Below are positions 7,130 to 8,060 of a DNA stretch of 8,060 nucleotides, piece by piece. The stretch lies in IMG/VR virus record IMGVR_UViG_2711768034_000011; one strand, 5' to 3'. Both the position numbers and the translations under genes were made by a program. The notes under the pieces were generated by a model. It was not told the DNA's origin, did no database searches, and saw nothing but the letters and a program-made list of their open reading frames with translations. This DNA comes from a virus (Duplodnaviria; Heunggongvirae; Uroviricota; Caudoviricetes). Position 1 is the first letter of the stretch. Each line of letters starts with the position of its first letter.

Positions 7130-7157
7130 GTGTATTCACTCGTTGGAATGAATACAC
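7130..7157. repeat. Perfect 9-bp inverted repeat GTGTATTCA / TGAATACAC with a 10-nt spacer
   Basis: Read directly from the sequence, in the intergenic region between the AT-rich ORF and ea10. Confidence 0.6.
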
Positions 7158-7181
7158 AGTGCAGTGTTTATTCTTTTGTTT

Positions 7182-7211
7182 GCGTGAAAATGAAACCCGC
7201 CTGAGCGGGTT
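7182..7211 (-). terminator. Candidate intrinsic terminator overlapping the stop of the AT-rich ORF
   Basis: Stem AACCCGC / GCGGGTT (7 bp, loop CTGA) at 7194-7211; on the minus transcript followed by UCAUUUUCACGC; on the plus strand followed by a T5 run 8 nt away, so possibly bidirectional. Confidence 0.35.
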
Positions 7212-7763
7212 ATGACCACTTTTTGTTTGGATTTCGTTGGTGAGCGTGGTTTACAGGATTATTTGATATACCCCATAACTCTGACTCGCTTATCTCTACA
7301 CGAGAGAAAGACCTGCTTTCTTTCAGTTCTTTTATAAACCTAGAACCTACGATGACATCTATTGTCCCAGAAAGTTCTTGTAAAAGATCTTTGTTTTTTC
7401 TGAGGAAGAAAACATCTTCTTTATATTTAATTTTTACATAGAATTTATTCTGTATTTTTAATATATCAAAGCATGGCAGATATCTATATCCCTCATGCTT
7501 TCGCCACTGCTTAACAATTATAACATCTCTTTCATTTACTGCATTAATCAGCCCAAGACCAAGTATAGGTATGAATATTCTATTGTCTGCCGAAAGCGTA
7601 CAATTATCACCACCAGGCAAATATGTATAAATCATGTCGGAATTTTTATACGCATCAACGAATGCACGTAAGAATCGTACATATTTTTGCCATCCGTTTA
7701 TACCAAATTTACCATATAAGTATTCTTTATTTGTTAGAAGAAAACTATTTGTATCAGGAGCCT
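7210..7763 (-). pseudogene. AT-rich orphan ORF of unknown function, probably 5'-truncated by IS1 (at least 183 codons of open frame; first ATG at 7635 gives 141 aa)
   Basis: Markedly lower GC than the flanking lambda-like genes; the frame stays open for 42 sense codons upstream of the ATG at 7635 right up to the IS1 junction, with no in-frame ATG/GTG/TTG and no SD before 7635. Confidence 0.5.
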
Positions 7764-8060
7764 GGTAATGACTCCAACTTATTGATAGTGTTTTATGTTC
7801 AGATAATGCCCGATGACTTTGTCATGCAGCTCCACCGATTTTGAGAACGACAGCGACTTCCGTCCCAGCCGTGCCAGGTGCTGCCTCAGATTCAGGTTAT
7901 GCCGCTCAATTCGCTGCGTATATCGCTTGCTGATTACGTGCAGCTTTCCCTTCAGGCGGGATTCATACAGCGGCCAGCCATCCGTCATCCATATCACCAC
8001 GTCAAAGGGTGACAGCAGGCTCATAAGACGCCCCAGCGTCGCCATAGTGCGCTCACCGAA
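7764..8060 (-). mobile_element. IS1, partial (right inverted-repeat end, 297 of about 768 bp; continues beyond the window)
   Basis: Begins with the IS1 terminal inverted repeat GGTAATGACTCCAACTTATTGAT at 7764 and contains the insB 3' coding region on the minus strand. Confidence 0.95.
7779..8060 (-). CDS. insB: IS1 transposase InsB, 3' portion (5' end lies beyond the window)
   Basis: Translation ...[93 protein letters not shown] matches IS1 InsB as recalled. Confidence 0.9.
   Translation of the reverse strand, partial: FGERTMATLGRLMSLLSPFDVVIWMTDGWPLYESRLKGKLHVISKRYTQRIERHNLNLRQHLARLGRKSLSFSKSVELHDKVIGHYLNIKHYQ

Noticed and set aside
7016-7204. Plus-strand ORF 7016..7204 in the ea10-upstream intergenic region
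   Set aside because: No SD; spans the inverted repeat and terminator hairpin; composition inconsistent with coding. The region is better explained as regulatory.
7210-7763. Possibility that the AT-rich ORF is lambda sieB
   Set aside because: The position would fit, but the product has no clear membrane-spanning segment and ral is absent from the expected neighbouring position. I cannot confirm identity from memory, so it is left as unknown.
7623-7844. Plus-strand ORF 7623..7844 crossing the IS1 junction
   Set aside because: Chimeric across the IS1 terminal repeat and antisense to both insB and the AT-rich ORF; an artefact of the insertion junction.
1-8060. CRISPR arrays or other tandem repeat arrays
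   Set aside because: No regularly spaced direct repeats were seen anywhere in the window.

Overview
The window covers the end of a core enterobacterial proline operon (proA, complete) and the tRNA-Thr gene thrW, followed by the left arm of a mosaic lambdoid prophage integrated at thrW. All prophage genes lie on the minus strand, transcribed towards the tRNA. From the tRNA outwards: a P22-type integrase and excisionase; a tightly packed accessory block (92-aa unknown, TraR/DksA-like zinc finger, 72-aa unknown, phage N6-adenine methyltransferase, plus two unlisted small ORFs); a lambda-type module exo-bet-gam-kil-cIII-ea10; an AT-rich orphan ORF; and the right end of an IS1 copy that runs off the window. 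Protein identities are from my recollection of the lambda and P22 proteins, not from a search. The most interesting items are (1) the AT-rich orphan ORF, which appears 5'-truncated by IS1 and sits where lambdoid phages carry exclusion or defence cargo, and (2) the translationally coupled small-ORF string between the methyltransferase and the TraR-like gene. I found no CRISPR array and no rRNA.
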